Made by a program: the position numbers and the translations under genes
The notes under the pieces: generated by a model
The model's input: the letters and a program-made list of their open reading frames with translations, nothing else
The model's database searches: none
What the model was told of the DNA's origin: nothing
From: a virus
IMG/VR virus record: IMGVR_UViG_3300031972_001405
Coordinates: 1 to 64,000 of that record
Length of the DNA stretch: 64,000 nucleotides
Reading direction: 5' to 3' (one strand)
Part shown: positions 18,869 to 28,452 of the stretch, in pieces
Numbering within the stretch: the stretch's first letter is position 1
Layout of the letters: the number at the start of each line of letters is the position of its first letter

Positions 18869-19161
18869 CAGATAATTAGTTTCTTTTCATCAGGGGTAAT
18901 GACTTTGCTGCCATAAAGTTCATTATACTTCTTGGTGACAGTTGGATCTACTTCAGCAACGTAAATAACGTGCTTTCGATCCAGAGTAATTTCAGGTTTC
19001 TCCCTGTCAATTACAGTTGCCCATGGCATAAATCCATAGGATTGTCCGTTGGGTAGAACCACCAGACCATGTTGAACAGTGATAGTATCATCGGTTTCAG
19101 AAACAAGTTCTGCGATGACTTCTTCACCAGTTACGACGCGAATAAGTTTGAGATCGATCAT
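18868..19161 (-). CDS. Hypothetical Sm-like-fold small protein
   Basis: LKLIRVVTGEEVIAEL..GFMPW..YNELYGSKVITP. Confidence 0.65.
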   Translation of the reverse strand: MIDLKLIRVVTGEEVIAELVSETDDTITVQHGLVVLPNGQSYGFMPWATVIDREKPEITLDRKHVIYVAEVDPTVTKKYNELYGSKVITPDEKKLII

Positions 19162-20105
19162 TTGAAGTTACACTCCACCATAATTTCTGTTAATGCTGCT
19201 AAAAGGTTTATTTCCTGGTCTGCTACGAACGCAATTTGATATTGATACTTAGCAATAATGAGCACAGCAGCAGCAATGCTAGGACCGTCAAGGGATGTAG
19301 TAAGAGAGTCGTAAATACGACGAAGAAGTACACTAGGATCATTGTCCAAATTATTAACGGTCCATTTCCTGACCGCTTGAAAATCCTTCTCCTTAAGAAA
19401 CTTAAGCAACTCACTGACCGAGACATCACTAAACGAAGCAAGAATAGCACTATCTATACTACCACCAACTGAGTAACGTTGCAACTCATTGAGTACACGA
19501 CGCCAGTCAGGAAAGTGCTTGTTGATTAACGTTGCCAATACTTTCTGATCATATTCGATATTCTCTGTCTCAAGAATAGTCCTGACACGGTTGAAGAAGT
19601 GTCCTGCAATTTCTGGTTTTTTCTTGTTTGGAATTCCGAATTCGACCACCGCACATCGGGAGTGGAGAGGTTCGATAATTTTGTTTTTGAAATTACAGGT
19701 GAAGATGAAGCGACAGTTGTTATAAAATGTCTCAATATTCGCCCGTAAGAGGAGTTGTACATCATGGGTTGTGTTGTCAGCTTCGTCAATAATGATGACT
19801 TTGTGCTTTGCATCCAGTGCTTGAAGTGATACGGTCGAAGCAAAGTTCTTTGCTTGGTTTCGTACCGTGTCCAGAAATCGTCCTTCATCAGATCCATTAA
19901 TAATAATATAATCGCAACCCAGTTGCTCACATAGAGCACGGGCCACAGTTGTCTTACCTACACCAGCAGGTCCAGATAAGAGTAAGTTTGGAATCTCACC
20001 TTTACTGAGAAAGTCTTGAAAGGTCTTTTTCAGATCACTAGGGAGAATACACTCATCAATTGTTTTGGGTCGGTATTTTTCAACCCAAAGAAAATCACTA
20101 CGCAT
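19158..20105 (-). CDS. gp44: Clamp loader large subunit (gp44)
   Basis: LWVEKYRP, GPAGVGKT, IIDEAD, LHSRC. Confidence 0.96.
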   Translation of the reverse strand: MRSDFLWVEKYRPKTIDECILPSDLKKTFQDFLSKGEIPNLLLSGPAGVGKTTVARALCEQLGCDYIIINGSDEGRFLDTVRNQAKNFASTVSLQALDAKHKVIIIDEADNTTHDVQLLLRANIETFYNNCRFIFTCNFKNKIIEPLHSRCAVVEFGIPNKKKPEIAGHFFNRVRTILETENIEYDQKVLATLINKHFPDWRRVLNELQRYSVGGSIDSAILASFSDVSVSELLKFLKEKDFQAVRKWTVNNLDNDPSVLLRRIYDSLTTSLDGPSIAAAVLIIAKYQYQIAFVADQEINLLAALTEIMVECNFK

Positions 20106-20256
20106 AATCGTAATCAATAATAAATTTGTCCTTTAAGTGCCAGTGAATGTCATCATGCACTTGTTGCATTGCATTGTGTTTGATTGCCCAGTGATCATCA
20201 TCCTCGTTGATGAGGACAGTGACTTGGGTTTTCACATCAACCCTAATTGCTTTCAT
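20098..20256 (-). CDS. Small hypothetical protein (52 aa, not in ORF track)
   Basis: MKAIRVDVKTQVTVLINEDDDHWAIKHNAMQQVHDDIHWHLKDKFIIDYDYA; fills the gap with coupled start and stop. Confidence 0.6.
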   Translation of the reverse strand: MKAIRVDVKTQVTVLINEDDDHWAIKHNAMQQVHDDIHWHLKDKFIIDYDYA

Positions 20257-20768
20257 TACACCCACTCAGGTTTACGGTTGGGAAGACGAAGATAATTATC
20301 GCACACCCATGGTTTAGATGCAACATACATCTTATATTTGTCAAAGATGGATATTGAAGTGTCAAGCTTGAACTCATCAGGTCCTGCAAAGACAAAAGGA
20401 GTGTGATTATCCCACTTCACATAAGGAATGATCTCGTCAGCAGCAAGGAGAGTCCTATAGCAGGTATGGTTTTTTCCGTACCGATTATAATACTCGTCGC
20501 ATAAGGCAACGCCATGCTCAAGCAACCATCGAGAGTTTTCTACAGTCTCGTTTGCCCACTTGGTGCAAGGGTGATTACGGAACGCTCCTTTCTCTGTAGC
20601 ATAGGCGTTGCCATCTGCCTTAGGCAAAGTACCATAACCATGTCCCCACTTGTCTGAGGCGACTATAGCGAGCATCTGGCAGGTCTCCAGAGGCATCTTG
20701 ACAATGTGCTTGTCAGGTAGAACCTCGGCAGACTTGGCGGGAGACTCGTCAGTGACAAAGATGTTCAT
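20256..20768 (-). CDS. Pyrimidine-dimer DNA glycosylase / DenV-family protein
   Basis: MNIF..D..P..SA..LPDKHIVKMPLETCQML, NHPCTKWA, EYYNRYGKNH. Confidence 0.75.
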   Translation of the reverse strand: MNIFVTDESPAKSAEVLPDKHIVKMPLETCQMLAIVASDKWGHGYGTLPKADGNAYATEKGAFRNHPCTKWANETVENSRWLLEHGVALCDEYYNRYGKNHTCYRTLLAADEIIPYVKWDNHTPFVFAGPDEFKLDTSISIFDKYKMYVASKPWVCDNYLRLPNRKPEWV

Positions 20769-20980
20769 AGCAAATGCGATACAGAGATCACTAGGAGGAA
20801 TGTAACCATAATAACGATGTCCCAAGATTTTGTCCTTACAAAGTAAGGAATTGAAATACTATCACCCACCATCTGCAATACGACACCAAGTGTTGTATTG
20901 ATATGAAGGATAGTAAAGTAGGCAATGATCACAAGACCACTGCCTAATACTCTCATAAAGACATCAACTTTGGTCATCAA
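20765..20980 (-). CDS. Small multi-pass membrane protein
   Basis: 71 aa with three hydrophobic segments. Confidence 0.6.
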   Translation of the reverse strand: MMTKVDVFMRVLGSGLVIIAYFTILHINTTLGVVLQMVGDSISIPYFVRTKSWDIVIMVTFLLVISVSHLL

Positions 20981-21648
20981 CCAAAAGTAGAATCGGGTTC
21001 TAGTGCAATAAAGTAACGGAGGTCATGATCCTTAGAAGTAAAGCAAGCAAGAAGTTTCTTAGAGATCTTAACCTCATAAGTTCCAGGAACTACGCGGATG
21101 TTCTCAACCTTGAAGTTAAAAGAAAACTCATCATTAGATTCAGCAACTACCACAGAATAGACATTGGAAGTGTCATTCTTTTTGTCGCGGACAATGAGTT
21201 TGACTACTCCATTTTCACCAATGACAGAGAGATCAGGTAATTGATACACTGCTGCTGCCTTAAGAACTTTTTCAAGTTGAGCAGTGGTCAGATCAAAAGC
21301 AACATCAACACTAGGAAGAGTCAGGGTTTGGTCTGGGGGAGCAATAATAACAGTGGGATCAGCAAAGAAATACTTGGAATGATTTTTACCTTCCCGAATG
21401 AATACATAAGAATCATTCTTGAAATCTAGGTCAGCATCACGATGTAAAGACAGACCGTTCAGGAACTGATTGAGATCATAGATACCAAAGTCCTTAGGAA
21501 ACTCCTCGGTGATAGTTGCCTCAGCCAAGATGTTTTTCATTACTGACATCGTGCGAAGTTGACTTCCTTGCTTGAAAAGAAGCGACTGATTAATTGAAGA
21601 GAAGTTCTTCAACAGGTTGAGAGTTTTGTCAGAGAGTTTCATTGTCAT
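20977..21648 (-). CDS. gp45: Sliding clamp (gp45)
   Basis: MKLSDKTLNLLKNFSSINQS, FGIYDLNQFL, YFIALEPDS. Confidence 0.95.
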   Translation of the reverse strand: MTMKLSDKTLNLLKNFSSINQSLLFKQGSQLRTMSVMKNILAEATITEEFPKDFGIYDLNQFLNGLSLHRDADLDFKNDSYVFIREGKNHSKYFFADPTVIIAPPDQTLTLPSVDVAFDLTTAQLEKVLKAAAVYQLPDLSVIGENGVVKLIVRDKKNDTSNVYSVVVAESNDEFSFNFKVENIRVVPGTYEVKISKKLLACFTSKDHDLRYFIALEPDSTFG

Positions 21649-22058
21649 TGAGGGTAGATTTCACGGTTAGCGTTTTTGTCATTGAAATGCATTAGAAGCA
21701 CAGCATAATGCAGAATCTTCATAATGTCACGACGGGCGGTGCCTTTCTTGTCATATCGAGAGGCATACTTGAGAATGTTGGATCGGCAGAATGCTTCACC
21801 ATCACCACAAGCTTCGATAAGATCAAGGGTTTGAATCCTATCATCACCAGCAGAATAATGCTGATTATAAGTTCCAGAGATGTAATCTCTGAGCTCCTTG
21901 AGGATTTTTTCCTCGTTGTACTTAAGACGTTTGCCTTCATTGAAGGTTATTACATCGTCATTATTAAGGGTTATTCTATCGTCATTCTTATCTGGTGGAA
22001 TCCAGAAACCTTCCCCACTCATTTCGTAACCTTCGTTGATCAGTTCATCATAGTTCAT
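21645..22058 (-). CDS. DUF3310-like hypothetical protein
   Basis: QHY...IQTLDLI...FCRSNILKYASRYDKKG..RDIMKILHY; start at MNYDE. Confidence 0.7.
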   Translation of the reverse strand: MNYDELINEGYEMSGEGFWIPPDKNDDRITLNNDDVITFNEGKRLKYNEEKILKELRDYISGTYNQHYSAGDDRIQTLDLIEACGDGEAFCRSNILKYASRYDKKGTARRDIMKILHYAVLLMHFNDKNANREIYPQ

Positions 22059-22062
22059 TGTA

Positions 22063-23148
22063 TCAAAACTCCGTAGTGTTGTCAATAGTGTCAATAGTGT
22101 CAGTGTCAACATCAGCATCAATCTTAGCATAAAGATCGGTGAATGCACTCTTGGTTTCTTCATCGAAACGATTGAGACAGACTTGAATTGCTTTCAGTTT
22201 GTCACCCCAGATAGCATATGCACGAGTGATGTGAACTAGGCGACGGGTACTGATCACCTCATCGACACCACCATCATAGAAAGTCTTGCGGATGATGTCT
22301 GCCCAGTCAGCAAGACGCTTGCAGAAGTTCTCATCGTCACAAACTTTGGTGAGAATTTTAGTCTCAACAGCGACAGTAGGATACTCCTGCTCAAAGGTCA
22401 CAGGAAAACGCTCAAGGAATGCTTCATTCATAACATTGGTGCCGATGAAGCGACCATCCTCAGAACCTTTACCCTTGGTATTAGCAGTGGCAAAGATTTG
22501 AAAACCAGATGTTGGTTGAACATATGCCCCAGTCTTCTTCAAGAACACCCCCTTACCTTCAAGGATTGATTGAAGACAAAGGATTTTATTGGAGGCTAGG
22601 TCAATCTCATCAAGGAGCAAGATTGCTCCACGCTGGAGTGCTTCGATGACTGGTCCATTGTGCCATACAGTAGCACCATTCACAAGACGAAACCCGCCGA
22701 TAAGATCGTCTTCATCAGTTTCAATAGTAATGTTTACACGGATGAGTTCACGTCCAAGTTGAGCACATGCTTGCTCCACACCAAGAGTCTTGCCATTACC
22801 AGAAAGACCAGTAATGAATACAGGGTAGAACATATTAGACTTAACAATACGTTTTACATCAGCAAAGTTGCCGAATGGAACGAAGTTCTCATCCTTTGCA
22901 GGAATAAGATTCTGCTGAACTACAGGCATAGCAGCAGGTGCTTGATAGTTACGTTCAATTTCTTCCACTTTACGTTGAGTTACTTCCAGATTCCATTTGC
23001 CGCGACCAACCTTATATTGCTCAAGTCGTTTGGTAATAGTCTGATATGCAACATCATGAGAGGCACAAAATCCACGGATGTCTGCAGCCGTAAACTCAGA
23101 ACCATAGAGACTGCGAAGTTCTTCGATGTAGTTCACTTGAGAAGGCAT
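22063..23148 (-). CDS. MoxR-type AAA+ ATPase ('CobS-like')
   Basis: GLSGNGKT, ETDEDDLIGG, LLDEID, ATANTKGKG, NEAFLERF, STRRLV. Confidence 0.9.
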   Translation of the reverse strand: MPSQVNYIEELRSLYGSEFTAADIRGFCASHDVAYQTITKRLEQYKVGRGKWNLEVTQRKVEEIERNYQAPAAMPVVQQNLIPAKDENFVPFGNFADVKRIVKSNMFYPVFITGLSGNGKTLGVEQACAQLGRELIRVNITIETDEDDLIGGFRLVNGATVWHNGPVIEALQRGAILLLDEIDLASNKILCLQSILEGKGVFLKKTGAYVQPTSGFQIFATANTKGKGSEDGRFIGTNVMNEAFLERFPVTFEQEYPTVAVETKILTKVCDDENFCKRLADWADIIRKTFYDGGVDEVISTRRLVHITRAYAIWGDKLKAIQVCLNRFDEETKSAFTDLYAKIDADVDTDTIDTIDNTTEF

Positions 23149-23174
23149 TTGGTTGATCCGTTTGGTATGTATAT

Positions 23175-23230
23175 ACAATACACTAAAAAACCGCCCCGTG
23201 GGGCGGTAGTGGACAGTTTATAAACTGGCC
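23175..23230 (-). promoter_or_regulatory. Palindrome-associated promoter plus terminator hairpin upstream of the AAA gene
   Basis: GGACAGTTTATAAACTGGCC dyad (23211-23230); ACCGCCCC-AC-GGGGCGGT stem plus T run; -10-like TATTGT at 23175-23180. Confidence 0.65.
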
Positions 23231-23697
23231 TTTCTATGAACATTGTTCTCCTTCGGAGTCACGTATCTGAGGTTATCGATATTGTTATTGGATGGATCAC
23301 CATCAATATGGTCAATCACCACAGTGTCGCGCACCCATTGCTTTGCTTCCTCAGGAAGAGTGTTCCAGACTTCCTTGAGTGCCTCTGGAGGATACTGATC
23401 GACAGGCTTCCATGCTTCCATCACTGCCTTGTGGACAGTAATATTCATCACAGATTTAGTACCACCCTTGGATCTAACGTGATCAAAGTCTTCAAACAAT
23501 TCTGGACTAATGACAACGGTGAAGTTGCATTCATCCAAGCGGCCGCGCTTACTATACTTGTAACGCCAGGATTTAAATTTATTACGAAAAGTGGTGTAGA
23601 TATCTCCACACCTATTCACATAATAACCAGGAATAGTAATACTATATCGAGTGAGAGCTCTCCACTCTGAATTGGATTCAATGCTAGTAATGATCAT
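23218..23697 (-). mobile_element. Free-standing HNH endonuclease (putative homing endonuclease)
   Basis: YYVNRCGDIY (NUMOD4-like), VHKAVMEAW, IDHIDGDPSNNNIDNLRYVTPKEN. Confidence 0.8.
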
Positions 23698-23718
23698 AAT
23701 TTTTTAGATTAAAGTAGA

Positions 23719-25887
23719 TTATGCAATTTGATCTACGAAGTCGTTAAGAATTTTACGATTCATAGAACTTGCTTTAAGTGATTTTTTGAATGCACTGCGA
23801 ATCTGAGATTTGCTAGCAGCATCAGGAACAACGAACTCACTGTCATCGTTCAGTTTATTGGAAGCAAGAATGAATAGTCTGGAGAAACCCAAGGCAGTCA
23901 GGGAAAGACTACGTTCTTTCTTCCAAGTTCTTCTCATCTTTTCATCTTCAGACCCCCGAAGATCAAAGCTATTAAGCATTCGAGAGACATCAGAGTTAGT
24001 AACAATCCGAACACCAATGAAGTTAACTGAGGGATTTTCGTCTGCGATACACCGTAGAAATCCTTGTGTCTGAGTCCACCAGTTACCAACATCGTAGGAA
24101 CCACCAGTCTTACGATTACGAAGGATCGTACCGTAGCGACAAGCGTTCATACCAATTCTATCACCAATTTGCACAGTTCGCACAGATCCTTGTGCTTCTC
24201 CATCAGTCAGAATAACACACTGCACCTTTTGAACGCCAGTTTTTGATTTGAATTGAGGAATAATCTTCCTGAGACAAGCGATTGCCTCGTTGAGAGGAGT
24301 GCCAGATAGTGAGAAGGCATTACAAATATTATAGTGCCATCTGTAACCGCGACGACCTTGACCATCTTGATGCCATGCCAAGCGATAAAGATTTTCACAA
24401 TCCCTTTCAAAGTCCTTTGACTTTGCAGTGCTACTCAAGACATTCAACAAATGGAATTCTCTAGGAATAGCAATCTTATTCTCTTCATCTTCATGATGAA
24501 ACCTAAGGTGTGAATTTAATTCATTCTCACGAATTTCCTCAGGAACATATCGGAGATGAAAATCATTGGTGAAAGCATACACATCAAAAGGAATGTTGAC
24601 TTTCTTACAGAATCGAACCAGATTCAAGAGTTGTTTGGTCGTATCTACAAGTTTATCGCTCATAGAACCAGACCAATCAAGAAGAAAGATTAGACCATGA
24701 TTTTTACCGTCAGGAACAGTGGTAATTTTCTTGAATAGATCTTCATTGTACTTATATGTGTGAAGCTTAGAGCAATCTAAGACACCAGTGCGAGCAATAG
24801 TAGACCGCGAATAAGCATCAGCAGACTTACGACACTCAAACTCTTTAACCATGTAACTCACTTCTTTAGAAGAAGACTTCTTATGAGCATTATACTCAGA
24901 AGTTACAGTAGTGAAATCAAATTCACAATTCTCGGGAGGATTACTCCACCAGAATTCATTGATTTTGCGAATATAGTCATTACCTATCATGATGGTGTCA
25001 AGATCCATGTCAGGAAACTCAACATACACTGGGTCTCTACCATCTCTTGCAACATTAAGATCCTGAACAGATTCGCTTAGGTTAGTTTCAGTCTTAACTT
25101 CTAGGGGATTTACAGGATTGTAATGACTACCACCCCCAGAAGGCATAGTAGTAGAAACGGAATCTTCAGAAACAACATCAGAATCAGAGTCGTCAGTCTG
25201 AGAAGAATTACCAGGAGTGGAATCCATAGAGGACTCAGAAGAACCAGAGTCAGAGCTAGAAGAACTTTGTTGCGACGAACTTTGCGGAACGCTTTCTTCA
25301 TTCTTTTGGAGATTTTTTTCAAGAGTTTGTTCATACTGTTGCTGACGTTGGCAATATTCATAAAGATTTTCAGAGACAATTAAGACATCAGCAAAAGTTT
25401 CGCATTCGGAAATTTGATTGATCAGATCCATCTCTTCCCCACTCTTAATGGGGATGTCAGAAAAATTGCCAATCTTGAAGTGCAGATTAGCACGATCAGC
25501 AAGATTCATGCTATCAAGATCTTCTTCATCAATACCAAAGAAATCCTGGTCACTCAGATCACTATACCCCCGATAGAAGGTTTTGGCAAGACCTGCATAC
25601 TTTCTCTTCATCAGTTTCTCGATGCGAGCATCTTCAACTACATTGATGAATTGGAAAGGAATATTTCTTGGGGGATCTTCATTAGGAGTGAAGAGAGCAT
25701 GTCCGACTTCATGTGCGACCAGAAGATCATACACGATGTTAGAAGCACGTTGCCACATCGGAAGGACCAACAATCGGTTATTAACATCGAAGGATGCTGT
25801 GTCAACATGCTTGTTTTCAACGATGAGATTCTCAGTCGCTAGCAGTTTGGCGAGTTGACCTTTGACCTCATAGTTGACGATTGCCAT
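23719..25887 (-). CDS. Metallopeptidase-like + VWA domain protein ('CobT-like')
   Basis: AHEVGH (HExxH) and NVVEDARIE; Ser-rich linker; MIDAS LLDWSGSM, SGTPL, LTDGE. Confidence 0.85.
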   Translation of the reverse strand: MAIVNYEVKGQLAKLLATENLIVENKHVDTASFDVNNRLLVLPMWQRASNIVYDLLVAHEVGHALFTPNEDPPRNIPFQFINVVEDARIEKLMKRKYAGLAKTFYRGYSDLSDQDFFGIDEEDLDSMNLADRANLHFKIGNFSDIPIKSGEEMDLINQISECETFADVLIVSENLYEYCQRQQQYEQTLEKNLQKNEESVPQSSSQQSSSSSDSGSSESSMDSTPGNSSQTDDSDSDVVSEDSVSTTMPSGGGSHYNPVNPLEVKTETNLSESVQDLNVARDGRDPVYVEFPDMDLDTIMIGNDYIRKINEFWWSNPPENCEFDFTTVTSEYNAHKKSSSKEVSYMVKEFECRKSADAYSRSTIARTGVLDCSKLHTYKYNEDLFKKITTVPDGKNHGLIFLLDWSGSMSDKLVDTTKQLLNLVRFCKKVNIPFDVYAFTNDFHLRYVPEEIRENELNSHLRFHHEDEENKIAIPREFHLLNVLSSTAKSKDFERDCENLYRLAWHQDGQGRRGYRWHYNICNAFSLSGTPLNEAIACLRKIIPQFKSKTGVQKVQCVILTDGEAQGSVRTVQIGDRIGMNACRYGTILRNRKTGGSYDVGNWWTQTQGFLRCIADENPSVNFIGVRIVTNSDVSRMLNSFDLRGSEDEKMRRTWKKERSLSLTALGFSRLFILASNKLNDDSEFVVPDAASKSQIRSAFKKSLKASSMNRKILNDFVDQIA

Positions 25888-25911
25888 TGCTGTGTCCGTT
25901 TCGATGTCCTT

Positions 25912-25973
25912 AGTATAGGGCAGAGTGGGGCAGAGTCAGGGGCAGAGTGGACACTTTCAGAACTGTCCACTCT
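25912..25973 (-). promoter_or_regulatory. Palindrome-associated (early-type) promoter
   Basis: Perfect IR AGAGTGGACA-N10-TGTCCACTCT (25944-25973), three GGGCAGAGT repeats, CTGACT N16 TATACT (25912-25917). Confidence 0.75.
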
Positions 25974-26743
25974 CAGGAACGATGCTCGTCGTTCAAATCA
26001 TTGATGAACCTGATCAAAGAACTGTCAGAGAACTGCATGAACTCGTAGTTGTCCTTATCTAAGCAGTGGCCTCCCCATCCAAACTTACCATCCCATCCAG
26101 GAACTTGAGTGTGTGATCTGCCGATCCTAGGATCAGAACCAACTAATGCAGCAAACGCTTCATAGGATGATTCGCACCCAAGATTTTTATGGATTTTATA
26201 CAGTTCATTAAAGTAACTGACCTTTAAACCTAGGAAGAAGTTCTCTGCATACTTTACTAGGGCGGCAGTTTTAATATCTGTGGTATAGATCTTACCAGCA
26301 TTCAACTTGTCCAGTCTGGTCCAGAAGATATCAGCAATAACTTCACATGCAGTTTCGTCACCACCGATAATACAGAAAGTTTGATTCTGAAACTTCTCAA
26401 TATTGTTATTAGAACTCAGATACTCTGGACTATGGACAATTTTGATGTTCTGATATGTATCCTCAGCCCATGAATAAAAGTTAGGTGTTGCAGTTGACTT
26501 ACAACATACAGGGGTCTTCTGTCCAATGTATGTGTTTAGTTCATCCAAGACTGGTTTGATAATCTTAGTGTTATCTTCCTTGGGAGTATCGACGCAAACA
26601 AAGACGGCATTAAATTCTTGCCCAGTAAAATCTTTGATCTTATTACTATTAATCTTTGGATCAATAATAACTTTTTCTTCATCAGTGAAGATAGATGCCA
26701 CGGCAGAACCAACGTAACCATGACCGACAATCATTACTTTCAT
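25973..26743 (-). CDS. UDP-glucose/GDP-mannose dehydrogenase-family protein, short form
   Basis: GHGYVG Rossmann, FVCVDTP, KST, SPEYL, KYAENFFLGLKVSYFNE, DPRIG, GGHCLDKD. Confidence 0.85.
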   Translation of the reverse strand: MKVMIVGHGYVGSAVASIFTDEEKVIIDPKINSNKIKDFTGQEFNAVFVCVDTPKEDNTKIIKPVLDELNTYIGQKTPVCCKSTATPNFYSWAEDTYQNIKIVHSPEYLSSNNNIEKFQNQTFCIIGGDETACEVIADIFWTRLDKLNAGKIYTTDIKTAALVKYAENFFLGLKVSYFNELYKIHKNLGCESSYEAFAALVGSDPRIGRSHTQVPGWDGKFGWGGHCLDKDNYEFMQFSDSSLIRFINDLNDEHRS

Positions 26744-28452
26744 AATACCTTTTGACTAAAACCTTTGACTTTTTCAAATTTGATAGAGTTGGGAAATCTA
26801 TCGTAGAGTTCTGTCTTGTGAGAGATCACAAATATATTAGCATCTCTGATAACAAATCGAATGATCTTCAAGAACTCTTCGGTTCCCATTCCATCGAGAG
26901 AACTATCAAACACTTCATCCAGGACAAGGAGGTTGGTGTTTGTAGAGTTCTTATATTTAGCAACCTCTCTCCAAGTGAACAAGAGAGCAAGGTCAATACG
27001 CATCTTTTCTCCTTCGCTGAAGGATGCGTAAGAAAAATTTTCGTGGATAGGAGACTGAACAGTCTCACTAAACTCTTCATCCAGAGTGAAGTTTATATAA
27101 AACTCCATCATCTGAAGGTAGCGATTAACTTGTTGATTGATTAGGGGGAGATACTTTTTGATGATCTTAGTTTTTACTCCCCCATCCTTAAGTAAGGAAT
27201 ATACAAACTCGTTGAGATAAATTTGTTCTTTATCAGTAGCAAGTTCGTTGTAGGATGTCTTCAGTTTTTCGTTGAAATCTCTTAACTTGTCATGCTCAGT
27301 ATTTCGGTTTGCAATTTGCTCGGTAATTCTTTGAACTTCCGATTCCAGATCTCGGCATTGGCGTTGCAACCCAGAAATCCGAACATTGTTTTGAGAAATG
27401 CCATGTGTTAGTGAAGATGCCTCCTTAGTGAGCTCAGTAAAACGAATCTGTTTGGACTCCTCATCTTGTAGTTTGGTTTCAAGTTCTGAGAGACCTGTTT
27501 CTAGTTTAGTTACAGAAGTATTCAGATTCGTAATTCTATTTAATCTAAAACTTTCTTCGATATCCTGAGTGCATGTTGGGCAAACCGTATTTTTGTCAAA
27601 AAAGTTACATTCTTCTTGTGTTGCAGTTACTTTTGTTTTTAATTGTACACGAATATTATTCATTTTTTTAATCGTGCTCTGAGGGTTAGTTGTCTTCTCC
27701 ATCTCAGATCGAACTTTATTCAATTCATTACCAAGTGTTTCATTATCAACCAGATAAAGATCAACTTCAGTATTCAGTTTGGTAATCTTTTCTTTATTAG
27801 CATCTATATTGTCATTGCTACGAGTCTCCAACTCATCAATAAAATTTTTCTGCATCTGAATTTTTTCCAGAAGAGTTTCTTTCTTGAGATCAAGAGTTCT
27901 GACACGATCTTTATTTTCACGTATTCTATCTCTAACAATATTATTCATAGCAGAGAAGATCTTAATGTCAAGAATATCTTCAATGACTTCACGTCTTTGA
28001 GATGAACCAAGTTGCATGAATGGAGTAAATCCAGCAGATCCAAGAATTACAATCTGAGTGAAGGACTTATAGTTTAACTTAAGAATTTGCTGCTCAAGTT
28101 TCTTTTGTTGGTCATTCGCATTTGATGATTGATCTTGCATCTTACCATCAATCCAAATCTCAAACTTATTCGGTTTGATGCCACGGACAATTCTATACTC
28201 CTTTCCTTTGATATCAAACTCAATTTCAACTACACAATCCTTTTCGTTTACAGAGTTAACTAGTTGTGGTTTATTGATCTTTCGATATGGTTTTCCAAAC
28301 AACGAAAAAGTTAGAGCATCAAGAACTGTTGACTTACCAGCACCATTAGATCCAATAATGATCGTACCGTGAGCTTCATTCAGTTTAATTTCAGTCCAGT
28401 GATTTCCAGTGCTGAGGAAGTTTTTCCATTTAACGTTTTTAAAAACGATCAT
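26740..28452 (-). CDS. gp46: Recombination endonuclease ATPase subunit (gp46, SbcC/Rad50-like)
   Basis: GSNGAGKST, CPTC hook, FSEGEK, LDEVFD. Confidence 0.96.
   Translation of the reverse strand: MIVFKNVKWKNFLSTGNHWTEIKLNEAHGTIIIGSNGAGKSTVLDALTFSLFGKPYRKINKPQLVNSVNEKDCVVEIEFDIKGKEYRIVRGIKPNKFEIWIDGKMQDQSSNANDQQKKLEQQILKLNYKSFTQIVILGSAGFTPFMQLGSSQRREVIEDILDIKIFSAMNNIVRDRIRENKDRVRTLDLKKETLLEKIQMQKNFIDELETRSNDNIDANKEKITKLNTEVDLYLVDNETLGNELNKVRSEMEKTTNPQSTIKKMNNIRVQLKTKVTATQEECNFFDKNTVCPTCTQDIEESFRLNRITNLNTSVTKLETGLSELETKLQDEESKQIRFTELTKEASSLTHGISQNNVRISGLQRQCRDLESEVQRITEQIANRNTEHDKLRDFNEKLKTSYNELATDKEQIYLNEFVYSLLKDGGVKTKIIKKYLPLINQQVNRYLQMMEFYINFTLDEEFSETVQSPIHENFSYASFSEGEKMRIDLALLFTWREVAKYKNSTNTNLLVLDEVFDSSLDGMGTEEFLKIIRFVIRDANIFVISHKTELYDRFPNSIKFEKVKGFSQKVL

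Noticed and set aside
22074-22120. TGTCAATAG tandem repeats
   Set aside because: Encode the low-complexity acidic tail (DTDTIDTIDN) of the AAA protein; simple slippage.
25918-25950. GGGCAGAGT triple repeat as a CRISPR or iteron array
   Set aside because: Only three 9-bp units with 1-3 nt gaps, lying within a promoter; no spacers or cas genes.
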